A stretch of 60,000 nt of DNA from Vicugna vicugna (lineage: Eukaryota): positions 3,945,502-4,005,501 of the forward strand of contig MU058059.1 of NCBI GenBank assembly GCA_013265495.1, read 5' to 3'. The position numbers and the translations under genes are program-made. Position 1 is the stretch's first letter; the number at the start of each line of letters is the position of its first letter. Below are positions 47,701 through 60,000 of this stretch, in pieces. The notes beneath the pieces are model-generated. The model searched no databases and had not been told where the DNA came from. It saw only the letters and a program-made list of their open reading frames with translations.

Positions 47701-49650
47701 AACTGCAAAAGAAACAATATGAGCTTACTGACCTTCAGTAAACCTAGGTGCAGTAAGACATGTCCGTACCAGTTAAACCAACACACACCAGCCAGCTTTA
47801 GTATCAGCTATTAATTCAGTATTGAACATTTCCTGGATCACACAGCCCTGAAATTTATTCTAACGTCTTCAATACTTTGAAGTATTTAATTTGTAAGCAC
47901 TTACTTTCAAGTCAATTAAATAGAGTTCATTTGCAAGCTAATTTTCATGTAAAGACAGAGAGAACCAGAGATCTCAGTTTTTCTGCTTGAGTTTAAAAAA
48001 AAAAACTTTTTTTTTCTCTTGAGAACTCAGAGCATTTATATCTCAAAGGCACAAGAAGAGAAATGCAAATCCCGCCCCTAACTGCTCATCTAAAACCCAA
48101 CCACCTCGGTTATTTCCAAGGATTTTTCTCTCCAGTTTCCGATTACCCACTAGACAGTAATGCATCTGTCATTCACTCACATTCACACGCCTCACTTTCA
48201 GCAAAACCAGGGAGGCAGACCAGGTACTGAGACACACACACATCCCACCAAGAGAAAAGCCAAATTGCTAAAGGCCCACTTTGATACAATAGCAAATTGT
48301 TCTCCAGGTCTCACGGAGCACCGAGCCCAGTGCTAAAGTAAAAGTATCATTTTCTTCCGTTTATGGCGGCATAGCTGGAGGTCTCCCGCTTTTGCAACAT
48401 GTGCCCTGAGGGCCTATCAGACAGAACAGAGCTCTGACCACCCATACTTAACTATTCCCGACCAGCCTTGTCAAATATCAAGCAAACAGCAATTCCGAAT
48501 GGCCTCTTGGGGTCACAGCCCGGTAGCCCCCGAAGGGAGACTCCCATCCAGCGCCTGGTGAGCCCCGAAGGGGAGAACCCAGCCAGTGCCCGCCGAGCCG
48601 GGGCGAGCGGCCAGGGCTGGCGGGCGCCCACCCGCGCCCCAGGGGAGGCCGAGGCGGCACGGAAGGCTACCCTGCCGTCGCACAGGAGCCCCGTAACTCT
48701 CCTGCAACACCTCAACCGGCCGGGGCAGGCGCTGACACACACGTGCAACCAGCAAACACGGCCGCAGACAAAAGACCCCCGGAGGAGGACGCCCGGGTGG
48801 CTCCCAGTGAGCCGGGAAGGGACGGAGCCCAGGTGGAGCGCGGGGAGCGCTCCACAGGCCGGCGTGGCTCAGCCCAAAGCGGACAGACGCGCCACCAACA
48901 GACGCGCTAGGTCGCACAGGCAGAGCGCCAGCGGCGGCGTCGCCCGCAAACCCCACGTCCACTGCCGGCGGAGCCTCCGGAAGGCTGGGCAGCTCCGGCA
49001 CGAGGGCGGCCCCTTCCCGCAGGGGCGAGCCAGGGGGAGCGGAGACGCCGCCCAGCCAGCGCGGGTGCGGCCACTCACCTCCGAGCGCCGCGGGCGTGGC
49101 GTGAGGGCCGCAGCTCTGGAAGCTTCTCGGCTCCAAACAGGCGGCCGGGCCGGCAGGCAGAGCCCCGCCCAGGCCCGGGGCGGGCGAGCTGGGACCCGGG
49201 GAAGGGCGGCCACAGCCTCCGAGGCTGGCTTCACCAGAACCGGCACCAAACACAAGTCTGTGCGCCCGACGCACAGGGAGGCCAGACAAACCAAGACGTG
49301 GGCCTGGGGGCCAGGGAGGTGGGAGGGGCCAGGACGCGCGGCCCGCGACCCCAGAGCCCGGGACGTCTGGAAGGGGCGGCTGAGCCTTTTAAAGGAGGGC
49401 GGGGCGGGCGACCCGGTGCGCATGACCGCTGTGCGCGGCTCTGATTGGTTGATGGTGACCAATCCTCAGGGCCGGAAGCTCCGGGCCCACGTGCTCCTGT
49501 CATCAAGCAGCTACTTTCTCCCACTTGGCGGCGGTTCTGAGCGTCTGAGAAACTCAGGAAACCTGCAGAGACACTGATGCCTGGGTCCTGGAGAGGGGAG
49601 CCGCGGCGGAGGACACCCTGGGACACCCCCTGGGGTCCTGCTCGGTGGCA
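44725..49650 (-). mobile_element. Non-autonomous ERV1-like provirus, LTRs about 44725-45154 and 49241-49650
   Basis: LTRs share gacgcac.g.gaggcca.acaaaccaa, gaaactc.gga..ctgca.gaga and ctgggtcct..agaggggagc. PPT complement cccccctttg at 45157. PBS similar to the tRNA-Arg(ACG) 3' end at 49217-49236. TSD CCTG/CCCG. Confidence 0.75.
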
Positions 49651-49951
49651 CCCGGAGAGGGAAGTGGCCGTCAGGGAAGCCCGGGGCTCAGGAGGGGCTC
49701 GGGCCGGCCCGGCCGTGGTCACGGGGAGGGGTTACGGGGAGCAACGGCTGCAGCCCCAGCCCCCCCGCCCCTCCCCGCCCTCCCCGGCAGCCTGGGTGGG
49801 TGCCTCCCACACCCCGGCCACCGCGCCCCACGACCGGTGCTCCCCCACCTCTGAGCTCGCCCGCAGCGGGTGCTCAGGGCCCGTCTGCAAGAGGAAGGAA
49901 GCCAGCGGGCCAGGAGGGGCAGCTGTGAGGGGATCCAGAAAAGGCAAGAAG

Positions 49952-50464
49952 TGTCAATCAACGGCCAATAGTAAGAAGCAAAGAGTTTTATCTGAGCCAA
50001 ACTGAAGAGGCGCCCGGAAGCCCGCTTCCCAGACGACGCGGAGAAACTGCTCCGGAGAAGCAGGGGCTCGGCACAGCTTTGTATCTTATCATATCTTATC
50101 AGAGCAGAAGAACATTAGACAAGTCGGGGACACGTTTCCTCAAGGTTTCAAAGGGAAAAAAAAAACCCAAACCCAAACCCAAACCCAAAAACAGACTATC
50201 AGGTCCACAGCGAGTCAGCGTCGCCTCGGCACCGGGAAGGGAGCCTTAATCGGCACTAGCGTCCCGGGAAGGAGGGCGTGTAATCCTTAGCAAGGACCTC
50301 CTTTACTTCTGGTCAGCGTGCCCCGCTCATAATTACAGCAGGTGGACAGTGCACGTTTGATGGGCCACAGACAGGCTGCTGCAGTTAGCACCGAATCCAG
50401 GTTAACTCACGTATGAGCCAGAATGAGTCCCCGGTATCTCAGTGTATGGAATTTTCTTTTATCG
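49952..50464 (-). mobile_element. Solo ERV1-type LTR
   Basis: Begins TGTCAATCAA; ttttatctgagccaaactga..gaaactgctccggagaagca pattern typical of ERV1 LTRs; no clear TSD. Confidence 0.6.
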
Positions 50465-52289
50465 AGTACCCGTGGCCACAAACGGACACTGGGGCTTCTG
50501 TGGGTCAGAGCGCCAAACTAGGTCTTACGGCCTGTAGGGCCGTCCCCCAAAAGGGCTCAGATCCCCTACGATATTTCCTCATAGAAATACACAGAAGGTT
50601 CCCATCGTCTGCACACACAGTACTTACATACGAGCAGGGAAGGGGGCACAAAGACTGACAGCCCGCCAGGCCCCAGGGACCAGAGAGACGTGTTCTGTTG
50701 TCCGTATTTTTCGCACAAGGAAACGGACGCTCAGAGAGTTTGCCCTCCCCGCAAGACCACCACAAATGAGCTGACCTAACCGGTCCTTGGAAAAGCGTGG
50801 TCTCAGTTGATGGATGGACTCAGACGTCCTGGAGGAGGAAGGTGGGAGAGACCGGGTGTGGGGAGAGGATTACAGCGTTGTCGCTGCGGGAGCCAGGCGT
50901 GCCGGGTGAGAAGCCCAGAGCGCAGAGGGAGTCTTGGCCCAGGAATCTCACGGGAAGTTCCCTTGAGTCTGCTCCAGCCTGAGTCCCGAAAGCCAAGGCC
51001 CACACAACCCTGGATTTCAGTTCCCCTGCTGTGACAGGGCGCCCGCGGCGTCCTTGCCCCTGACCTTCACCTGGTCGCCTGCTGGAGACCCAGGTCCTCA
51101 CGCCTGTGATTCACGTCCCCAGGTCTTCCCCCGGCTCGGCCCTTATCGATGGCCTTCCTCCTACATCACGCTTTGCTTTTTTCTTAAATAAGATATTCCA
51201 GCTTTTAGCACCAAGTGCCTCTGGAGGTGTGCGAGAAGTTCTTTGGGGAGAGGGAACCTGACCGCGTCCGTCACGCTTAACCACAGAGCGCTTCAGGTGA
51301 TGCTGCCGTGGCCGGCTGGGAATACCTGCATCTTGTAGATCTGCAGTGCATTCCCACCTTACAGGAACGGGAATCTGCCAACCGTTTGCTTTGGAACCAA
51401 CTTCAAAATCTTTTGGCGTGGAAAGTTTGCCACGTCGGTAAGAGCATTTTTGGGAACATGCAGTGTGACGCCTGCCGGGCCTTTCTGTTATTGTTATTAC
51501 TGAAGTGCAGTCGGTTCACAGGGCTGTGTCAGCCTCAGTGTCCCTGTACAGGGACTCACCACAGCCCAGCTGTCAAAGTGACCTTGCATTCCACATGAAT
51601 TTCCAGGTTCCTCACGGGCGCAGGGGTCTTGGCTGTCCTGCTCATATTTAATTATGAAAAACCTCAAACAGATTAGCGAAGTCTAAAGACTTTCGCCCCG
51701 AACACCATCTCCACACCACCTAGATCGTTCGACAGTACACACGTACTGTTCACGCTTTGTCACGCCTTCTCCCCATGTAGCAGTCCATCTTCTTTTGGAG
51801 GCATTCCAAAGTAAACTGCAGACAGTAGCAACGAATGCTCAGCGTTTGCTGAGAGCTTTGTTTCTGTTTTAATGTAAAACCTGAATTCACAAACCCTGTC
51901 AAGACATAAAACAGTATGACCGTCACCAGGAAAGCTGCCCGGGCCCCTTCCTTGGACCCCCTTCCCACTCACCCGGAGCTGCCATCAATCGTTTTGCCTG
52001 CTCTAGAATTTCGTGTAAATGGAAGCACGCACTACGTACTCTCTCACGTAAGGCTTTTTCCCTGCAGCACCATTTCTCTGAGATCCCGGCCGTCGGGAGG
52101 GCACTGGAGGTGTGGGCAGCGCTGTGTGCACGGGTGAAGGTTCCTCTCCTCGGACGACGCTGTGGTCTCCCGGCTGATGGAGTCCGGCCAGGCCAGAGGC
52201 TCTCGGCCACTTCCCCTACTTCAGGTCAATTTACAGTGACTTTAGTCACATCCACAAAGTACCTCCACGGTGACATCTAGAAGAGTGTT

Positions 52290-52391
52290 TATTATTTTTT
52301 TTACCTGTTTTTTTAAATACGCAGTTTACTTAACAAAGGTACTGGGGGTTGCTAACCCAGGACCGTGCGCACACTAAGCCCGCCCTCCCCC
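52290..52391 (-). mobile_element. tRNA-derived SINE, Vic-1-like (camelid), internally deleted
   Basis: ggtactggggg...aacccaggacc..gc..ctaagc..ccctccccc matches the reverse complement of Vic-1 as I recall it. Confidence 0.6.
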
Positions 52392-53054
52392 TTTTGTCTT
52401 TTAACATGGAAAAGACCCACAAGAGAGTTCAGCATCGTAACCGTCTTTAGCTGAACAGCTGAGCAGTGTTGTTCGCACTCCCGCAGTTGTGTGACCAGCC
52501 TCCAGGACTCTTCATCTCACAAGGCTGAAACTCTCTCCCCACTAAACGACCACCCCCGCTTCCCCGCCCCTCAGCCCTGACACCACCGCCCTCCTTTCCG
52601 TCCTGCGGACTGCGGTCCTCTGGATCCCTGTGTAAGTGGGATCGCTCCGCAGTCCCTCTTTTGCGGCTGGCTTACTTCACTCCATGCTGCTGTTGTAGCC
52701 ACGCTGTTGGTTACGCCAGAATTTCCTTCCTTTTTAAGGCCGAGTAATACTCCACTGCACGCATGGACCACATTTGGTTTATCCAAGGCTCACACTGATG
52801 GATGCTTGGGTCGCTCCATCTTTTGGCTGCTGTGAACAGCACTGCCATGAACGTGGGTGTGCAGATCACTGGTTTAGTCCCTGCTTTCAACACACGTGGG
52901 GTGACGGATCCCTTGATAATTCTGTTAATCTTTTGAGGACCCTCCATACTGTTTCACATTCCCACCAACAATGCACGAGGGCTCCCTCCCATTTCTCCAC
53001 AGCCTCACCAGCCCTCGTTATCTTCTGTTGTGGCTGTTGATTTGACAGCAGAAA

Positions 53055-53220
53055 ACAAAATTTTATTGGAACATGGCCATGGTCGTTCATGTAAGCACTG
53101 TCCCCGGCAGCTTCTGCCCTACAATGACAGAGGTAGATGGTTGCAACAGAGATGGTACGGCCTGTAAGCCCCAAATATTTACTATACGCCCCTTAACAGA
53201 GAAAGTCTGCCGACCTCTGT
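53055..53220. mobile_element. MER58A-like hAT-Charlie MITE (partial)
   Basis: ttttattggaaca...gcaacagaga..ggcctgtaagcc..aaatatttactat..cccttaacagagaaagtctgccgacctctg. Confidence 0.75.
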
Positions 53221-55989
53221 TCCAGAGACTTGCAGCCTGGCGGAGGGGACAGGACATGCGCCGGGATCAGTGAGCAGCAGTGGCAAAGTCCCCCGAAGGG
53301 CCCGCGGTCCACAGCGGTGTTTCTTTGTATTGCTGAGCAGGACCTACCGCCTAGACGAAGCATAGTGTGCCTGTCTCCTTTCCGCTGACGAACGTTGGGG
53401 TGTCTCCAGTTTGTGGATAATGCTGCTCTGAACATTCACGTCAAAGTCCTGACACGTGTCGCCGGTTCTCCCAGGCGGGTTCCCGCGGGAGCTGCCGGGT
53501 CGTGCTTAAGTTCGTACTGAGCTCTGTCAGAAGTCGCTGTTTTCCAGAGCGGTGGTTCCACTCTGAATTCCCAGCAGCAACGTGTGAAAGTTTCACCAAC
53601 CCCACAGCCCCCCAGCGCTCAGCCCCCGCTTCTGACTGTCGGCTGTCCTGGCGGGGGAACTTCTACCCGGGGACGGGGTCCCTGGCCCTTGTCGTGTGCC
53701 TGTCGGTGATCTGCTCGTTGGCTCTGAAGTGTCTTCGCATCTGTCCTCCAATGAAAACGTCACTTGTCTGTCCTTTTTTTGTGCACGTGGGATGTAAGTC
53801 CCTTTTGAGACAGAGGTCTTGCTAATATCTTCTCCCAGTCTCTGGTTTATCCTTTCATTTTTTGACCTGACCAAAATAAAAAAAGCAAACGTTTTTATGT
53901 CCAAATTATCTTTTTTCTTCCGTGGTTTATGCTTTTTGTGTTGTATCTGAGAGATCTTCGCCTTACCCAGCATCATAAACCTTTCCTTCTATGTCTTCCT
54001 CTCTGGGTTTTGTACTTTCAGTTCTTACATCTATCACCCACTTCAAGGTAACTGTGGGGTATTACCTGATGCACAAAAGGGTGAACGTTCCCCACAGCGC
54101 TGCCTCCTCACGGGTATCTGACTGCCCCAGCGCCATTTGTTGACGAGAACTCTTTGGCAATTTAAATCCTCTGCCTCCTTTGTGGACAGTCAGCTGGCCA
54201 ACCTCGGGCTCGTTTCTAGACTCTCTTATGCCACGGCTCTGCACATGCGTCCTTGCTCAGTGCCATGCTGTTCACTACGGCTTTACACAGACAGTAAATT
54301 CAAGTACTTCAAATCCTCCAACTCTGTTCTTTTTCAAAATCCTTCTGTCTGTTCCAGCTTACGTTGAATGTTAGAATCAGCTGATCACTGTCTGCAGTGA
54401 AGCCTCCTGGGATTCCAGGTGGTGCTGCCGGGGCTCTCGTATCAGCTGCTGGAGGCACTTGCTGCGTAACAGCTCTGGGTCTTTCAAATCATGAAGGTCG
54501 CACATGCGTCCACCTGGGTCTTAAGTCAACAACACTTTCATAGGTTTCAGTTGCATGATTTTTCTTAAATTTATGGTTGAGACCTTTTGGATGCATTGTA
54601 AATAGAGCTTTTAAATTTCATTTTTCAGTTTCTTACGGGTGGTATGCAGAAACACAGCTGACGTTTGTACGGGAGCCCGCGTGCTGCAGCCTTGCTGAGT
54701 TCCCGTCGGTTCTAGGAACGCAGTGACAACAGGGCTTTGGGACTTTTCTGTGCACAAAATCAAGTTGCCCACGAATGAAAGCAGACCCCCTTCCCGACCC
54801 GCGTGGCCTGTCCCATTGCCTCGGTACAATAACAGAAACCCACGTGCAAGCTGAGAAGCAGCTGAGTGTGCACGTGGCCTGCGTTTTTTACCACTGCGTG
54901 AGGAGTTACTATTTTTTCAGCGCACTGCTGACTTTGATTTGCTGATATTTGCTAAGGATTTCTGTGTGCTCAGAAGGGGGGCCCTTCTTTAATTTCTTTG
55001 TCTTGCAATGTCTTCGGTGCTTTTGGAGTCGGGGTGACACTGGTCTCAGCAAGAGAGCCGAGCCGCACTCCTTTCTCTTCTTCTCTCTAACAGGGTTCAC
55101 GTCAGGATTCATGCTGCTTTTTAAGTTTTCGCCAGAATTCATAAGTGAATTCGTCTTGCCTGAAGTTTTCTTTCTGGGAAGGTTTTCAATTATGAATTCG
55201 ATTTCCTTAATTGGCATAGGAACAATTCTGTTTTTTGGAAAATTTTGAGTCAGTTTTTGGAATACATGGCCTTCATGGAATTTTTCCATTTTGGTTAAGC
55301 TGTGAAACTGACATACATTCATTCATAATATATACTCATTTTCCTTTTAATGTCTGGAAAATCTGGCGTGATGTTCTTCAAGTGTTTGGCTGTCAAATCA
55401 ACGTTCATTGCTTTATTCGGCTTCTATTCTTCTGTTTCTTCTTGCGTTAAAATTCATCACTTGCAAATACATTTTAGGAAAATCTTCTATTTGACCTAAG
55501 TTTTCAAGTATTTCAGCAGATAGTTGCTCGTAACATCTCCACATGGTGACGTTTTAAAGTTCATGCTTCCCCGTTTTTTCTTTTCTTTTTCTTCTCTTAT
55601 CAGCCTCGGTAGAGCCTGGTTCATGGTTTTCTCTTCAGGAACGATCTCATCTTGCAGCCCTCTTGCGTGTCCGCTTTTCCTTTCACGTGTTTTCTCTCCT
55701 ACAGACCCCGCTTTTCACCCCTGCCGTCCTTTAGTCACTGTCCCCCGTTTCTGTCCTCTGCCCATCCTGAGCGACATGCGCCACTCGCCCCTCTCGGTCT
55801 CAGCGGTCGGCGCAGCTCACGTACGCTTGACAAGGTCTGATACGTAGTGGTTCCATTCCGATGGATTAAAAGTTTTTGCTTTTCTTTAAACCCAGGAATT
55901 ATGTAGGAATTTATGTTTTCCTTTCATAATTTTAAAGTTATTTTTGTTGAGTCATGAGTAACTTACTTGAATCTTGGTTTAAAAACACA

Positions 55990-56400
55990 CTAGTCAAGAC
56001 AGGCTAGATCATCCTGTCGGAATAAACAGCCCCCACATCCCTGTGACTCAGACCAACAGGATTTTCATCTCACAGACACTACAGGACCATCAAAGCTCGG
56101 CAGGTGGGGCGCGCTCACTGTGGCCACCTGGACGCCCAGGTTGGTGGCCCGGCCGACGTCCCCACGTGGCCTGTTGCCGTGTGAGCGGTGACAGGAGGGA
56201 AGAGGAGAGGCTCCTCCGGCGACTGGAAGCTGCAGGCCACCAGGGGCCCGCGTCACGCTGCCCACACTCAGGGGCCAGAACTCCCCACGCAGCCAGCCCG
56301 CTGACGAGGGGCAGAGGTGGGAGGCGCAGGCCTGCTGCGTGCCTGGGAGAGGGGAGCTGCCTCGGGCAGACGGCGCAGCAGGGTGACAGCGGGTAGCAGT
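55990..56400. mobile_element. MLT1-like MaLR LTR fragment
   Basis: gtcaagacaggctag..taaacagccccca..tccctgtgact..acaggattttcatctcaca resembles MLT1. Confidence 0.45.
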
Positions 56401-59400
56401 TACTGATACTTCTCTTAAAACCTGGTCAGCTTTTGTCAGCGTTCCACGTAGTCTCCATCTGCAGAGGGTCGGGGTCTCTACGTGGCAGACGCATCAGACT
56501 TCTGGGTGTTAAGCCTTACCTCCGAGCGCCCTGGTCTCCGCGCTCCCTCAGGAGCTTGGCTCTGATCTCCCGCGCGGCTGCGACGCCGATGCCGTCGCCT
56601 CTCCCTGCAGCTGTGTCCACGTCGCGGAGGTGATGCTGTCAGCCTTGCTTCCTCTGTGCTCTGATCTGCAGCCGTGTCGTCACCTGATCAGCAGGGCTCG
56701 CTGTTCACCGACACCGGCCGCCCTCACTAGTGCACCCTGACTTCCCGCCCGAGATGCACACCACACACCGGATCCCCCCGGGGCTGTGGTAAGGCCGATG
56801 CGATCCCGTTATTCCTGACTTTCCCCCGAGCACACAGATCCCAGACCAGGCCCTCCGTGTCTGGCTCCCTCCCTGCATCCACGCTGCTCTCAGAAAAGCT
56901 TTCTGGGTTTCTTGCCCCAAAAGCAACGCAGGACAGAGGCAGCCTGCCGTCATCGGCTGCGGGCTCAGGGCGGCGCCGAGCAAGGAACCGCCTGCGAGGC
57001 TCTGGGATGTTCACGTCACCCATGGCGCGGCCTGGGGCAGAGACAGAGCCAGCAGAAGGCGGGTCCTCAGGAAAGAGCTGACTGGAGGCACTTTTAAAAG
57101 GGCGACTTGTATCCTGGGTGCATGGATGTGCCCTGTTGGATGACGGCCGTCTTGTTGGCAGCCGGAGGCGAGGGAGGGAGCCCCACGAAGGAGACCCTCC
57201 ACTGAGAGCTGGGCCCTGCGTATTCCTGTGACCTCGAAGCTTCTGGACTGTTCTAAGCTTTTGGGCTCCTCCCTCCATATGCCCGAGGTGACAGTGCCAC
57301 CAGCAGGCCTGCAGCCCGCTCCACCTGAGGAATGGAACATGGCTAAGGTATGCCTCGCTTGGGCGGGAGACAGACTTCAGTGTAAGAGACGCAGGAGCCA
57401 GGCCAGGGGGACAGTCCCCCTTTAGGGCCAGACAGACCCCCCCTCAGGTCCCAGCGGCCTTCTTTTCCGCCTGCTCTTGCTCCCTCCTCAGTAAGCGGGG
57501 CACCCTCCTCAGCCTCTCCCCAGCCCCACTCCCACCCTCCAGGCAGCAACAGGACCTGGACCCCGGGGAGGGCGGTGGCCACACACAGCAGGGGCTGGGA
57601 CGAGTGGGAAGGGAAGAAACTGGGGGCCGGGGTGGGGGTGAGGAGAGGGTGTAGGAGGCGCCCAGCCCCGGGCACGGGAGTGCAGGGACCACCTCGTCCA
57701 ACCTGGCTCCTTACGGGCAGCACCTGGGCAGGAGAGTGGCCAAGAGTCCCTCGAGGAGCCGCCCCAGCACCCCCGCCGGCTCTGCTCACAGGGCCCAGCG
57801 GCCGCCTCCCCGCCCCTCCCTCCCCGGGAAGCCGGGGCCCAGAGCTACTTAAGTGCCGCCCACAATTTCCTCCGTCCTTCTGCGTCTCTTTCTGGGATGC
57901 TGCATCTCGGTTCCTTCCATGAAGATTCTGGGCACCGCAGTCAGGGCAGGAGGTGGCGGGCCGGGCAGAGCTGGCCGGGGCAGGGGCTCAGCCAGCAGCT
58001 GTGGGACCAGCGAGGCCTGGGCAGCTGTGTCCGCCCGCTGTCCCGTCCCCTCCCCTCTGGCTGGCGTCCCCGACCTGCATGACCTGAAGGGATGAGCATT
58101 AGAAATGCGCTGTGTGGGCATAAACACCGGGGAAAAGGACTTTGGGGAAATCTCCCGCAATCAATTAGAAACGCCCCTAAACCTCCCCGCTCCCCTTACC
58201 GTGAAGACTGCCTCGGCGCTGTGGGGGTGCACTCGTGGGCATCCCTGAGCACCAGTGACACACAGGCAGGCTGGTGACACCTTGGCTGTGGCCTCCAAGC
58301 CCAGGCCTGCATTTGTGCCCGGGAACGAGGCTACGGACGGGCTCACCTGGCAGGGCAGAGGCCCCTCCACCCAGGAAACCCGACCGTCTGGGAGGGCAGG
58401 GAGGCTGGGGGCCCAGAAGGGAGGGGATAGGGAGGAGGGGGCCTCTGGGTGGGATGTGGCTCGAGTCCCCAGCCAGGTGAGCAGAGCAGGGGTGCTGGAG
58501 GCTCAGGGGTCAGCCCCCTCCCCACAGCCTGGAGAATTAACTGCACATGAGGAAAAGCCTTTCCACAGGTGGCTGATTTTGGATGTGGGAATAATTCTGC
58601 GGTAGTGGAAAGCACGTGGCACATCCGGGCCACAGGAACGCGCGGATGGGGATGGAGGAGCTCCTGATGCACCAGCTGGGAGCGGACAGCCTCCATGCCA
58701 GCCTTGCAGGCCTCGACCCTCCACAGGGGCAGCCCCAGCTCCCACCAGCCCTGCCTCTGGTGGGGCGGGGCGGGAGGCCACGGGGTTTCTCCCCAGTAAG
58801 GCAGGTGCAGCCGCCAGGGGTAACCGTGCACAGGGGGGGCCGCTCTCTGCTCAGTGAGGGTCACGGTCCTGGTCCCGGACTCTGCTTACCTGGCGCCAAG
58901 CAGGAGGCTTCCCAGCCAGTCTCCGATGCCCGCGACGTCTCCAGCGGTCTTCACTCGAGCACCAGCGAGCTTCTGCTCTGGGTTTTCGTGCTGCTGAGAC
59001 ACGCTTCAGCCTTGGACAGCCGGGAGGGAGGGGCTTGACTCAGATGCTTCTGAAACTTGGTCAGTATGGGCAGGTTCTGTGGGTCTCACTGATTTTTGGA
59101 CTCTTTAAAATAGGAGGCGCAATCAGAAACTTGGCGTTGAATGGAATTAACATCTGAAGGACCGAAAGGACCTCGTTGTGAAGACGAGACGAGCTGCTTC
59201 CCTGAAGCGGCCTCAGCCCCTCGAGGCGCAGAGCCGGGAAGGGCCAGGCTCCACCCTTTTTACTGCTAACTCACGAACGTAAGAGAACTCAATCCGTGCT
59301 CTTTGACTCTTGGGTGTTAACTTGATTTAATATCTTACCTTTCGTTCCTCCCTGAAAAATTATGAAAGGAGGTTAATGTTTAAATTTGGAACATTTCCCG

Positions 59401-59862
59401 TTAAGGTTTCATTCTGAAGTATCTCAGGTCGTCATATTATTTCTCTGCAGAGCCTCACGGAGGTGACGCTGGACAAAGTGACTTGACCATAGTCTGTGAC
59501 GGGAAATTGAACAAGGACGCAACGTTCGGTCTTAGGTGTGGGGTGGTAGAGAAATTAACTAATCAGTGGGGTTTCTGAGCCATTTCAGAGCCGTCTGGGG
59601 ACAAAATCTGGACTGGCCAGTGGAGGTCCCCTGAGGACATCCCAGGAATGTGCCCTCAGGGATGGGGGGTCTCCAGCCTGGCTCCCTCCCCGGCCGGACA
59701 GACACCCCTGGGCTAACTGGGGCGAGGGGCTCAGCCAAGGGGTTTAAGGAAGAAGCTCGGGGCGGCTCTTCCCCTGGGGAGGGGCAGACTCCCTAACTTT
59801 CTGGTCTCTCTCCACTTTCATACCACTCCCTCCACTGCACTTGTATCAATACTACAGGCGGC

Positions 59863-60000
59863 TTTTTTTTATTGAAACAATTTTTTTAAGAGCAGTTAGG
59901 TTCACAGCAAAATTGGGAGGAAGGTACAGAGGTTCCCATGCGCCCCTGGCCCCCCGCGTGCACAGCCTCCCCCGTCCCCCTCGTCCCCCACCAGATGGGG
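59863..60000 (-). mobile_element. Old L1M 3' end, runs off the window
   Basis: Poly-T then gagcagttaggttcacagcaaaattg..ggaaggtacagag.ttcccat..cacagcctcccc. Confidence 0.7.

Larger units (their letters stand above)
51630..55950 (-). mobile_element. Cluster of old L1M fragments
   Basis: Degraded ORF2 pieces (KEIEFIIENLPRKKTSG; CTPTFMAVLFTAAKRW; EYYSALKRKEIL) and L1M 3' UTRs. Confidence 0.75.

Noticed and set aside
48468..49577. 369-aa ORF and overlapping ORFs of about 200-260 aa
   Set aside because: Arg/Gly/Ala/Pro-rich with no domain; explained by stop-codon scarcity in a GC-rich ERV leader and LTR
50080..50190. TATCTTATCA x2 and (AAACCC)n run
   Set aside because: Slippage products inside an LTR; not telomeric TAACCC repeats
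56735..56845. Two diverged repeats of cctgactt.cc.ccgag..caca..gatccc
   Set aside because: Only two degenerate units; an ordinary local duplication, not an array
58340..59370. Minus-strand donor motifs (about 58889 and 59337) and ORFs as possible exons of a neighbouring gene such as PIEZO2
   Set aside because: Translations do not resemble PIEZO2 or any protein I recognise, and no consistent exon chain can be built
1..60000. CRISPR arrays, operons, tRNA or rRNA genes
   Set aside because: Eukaryotic intron-exon DNA with no repeat-spacer array; tRNA-like pieces are SINE or PBS remnants

Overview
Mammalian genomic DNA, probably camelid (inferred from a Vic-1-like SINE and the L1 family style). 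It holds the complete 12-exon NAPG (gamma-SNAP) gene on the + strand: CDS 2010-26693, 310 aa, with a CpG-island promoter and a poly(A) signal at 28438. Intron 3 is a U12-type minor intron and is followed by an 18-nt microexon. Intron 5 carries a young, full-length antisense LINE-1 (about 11791-18922) with open ORF1 and ORF2, a target-site duplication, a YY1 site and a probable 21-nt 3' transduction. The L1 5' end also creates a candidate cryptic exon or fusion exon for NAPG. Downstream is repeat-rich intergenic DNA: two internally deleted ERV1-like proviruses (one with a 5' LTR resembling a CpG-island promoter with a splice donor), a solo LTR, old L1 copies, an apparently perfect 1842-bp tandem duplication and an orphan CpG island. 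Patchy AT-to-GC drift suggests GC-biased gene conversion. I see no new protein-coding system; the best leads are the L1/NAPG interaction and the LTR-derived promoter.
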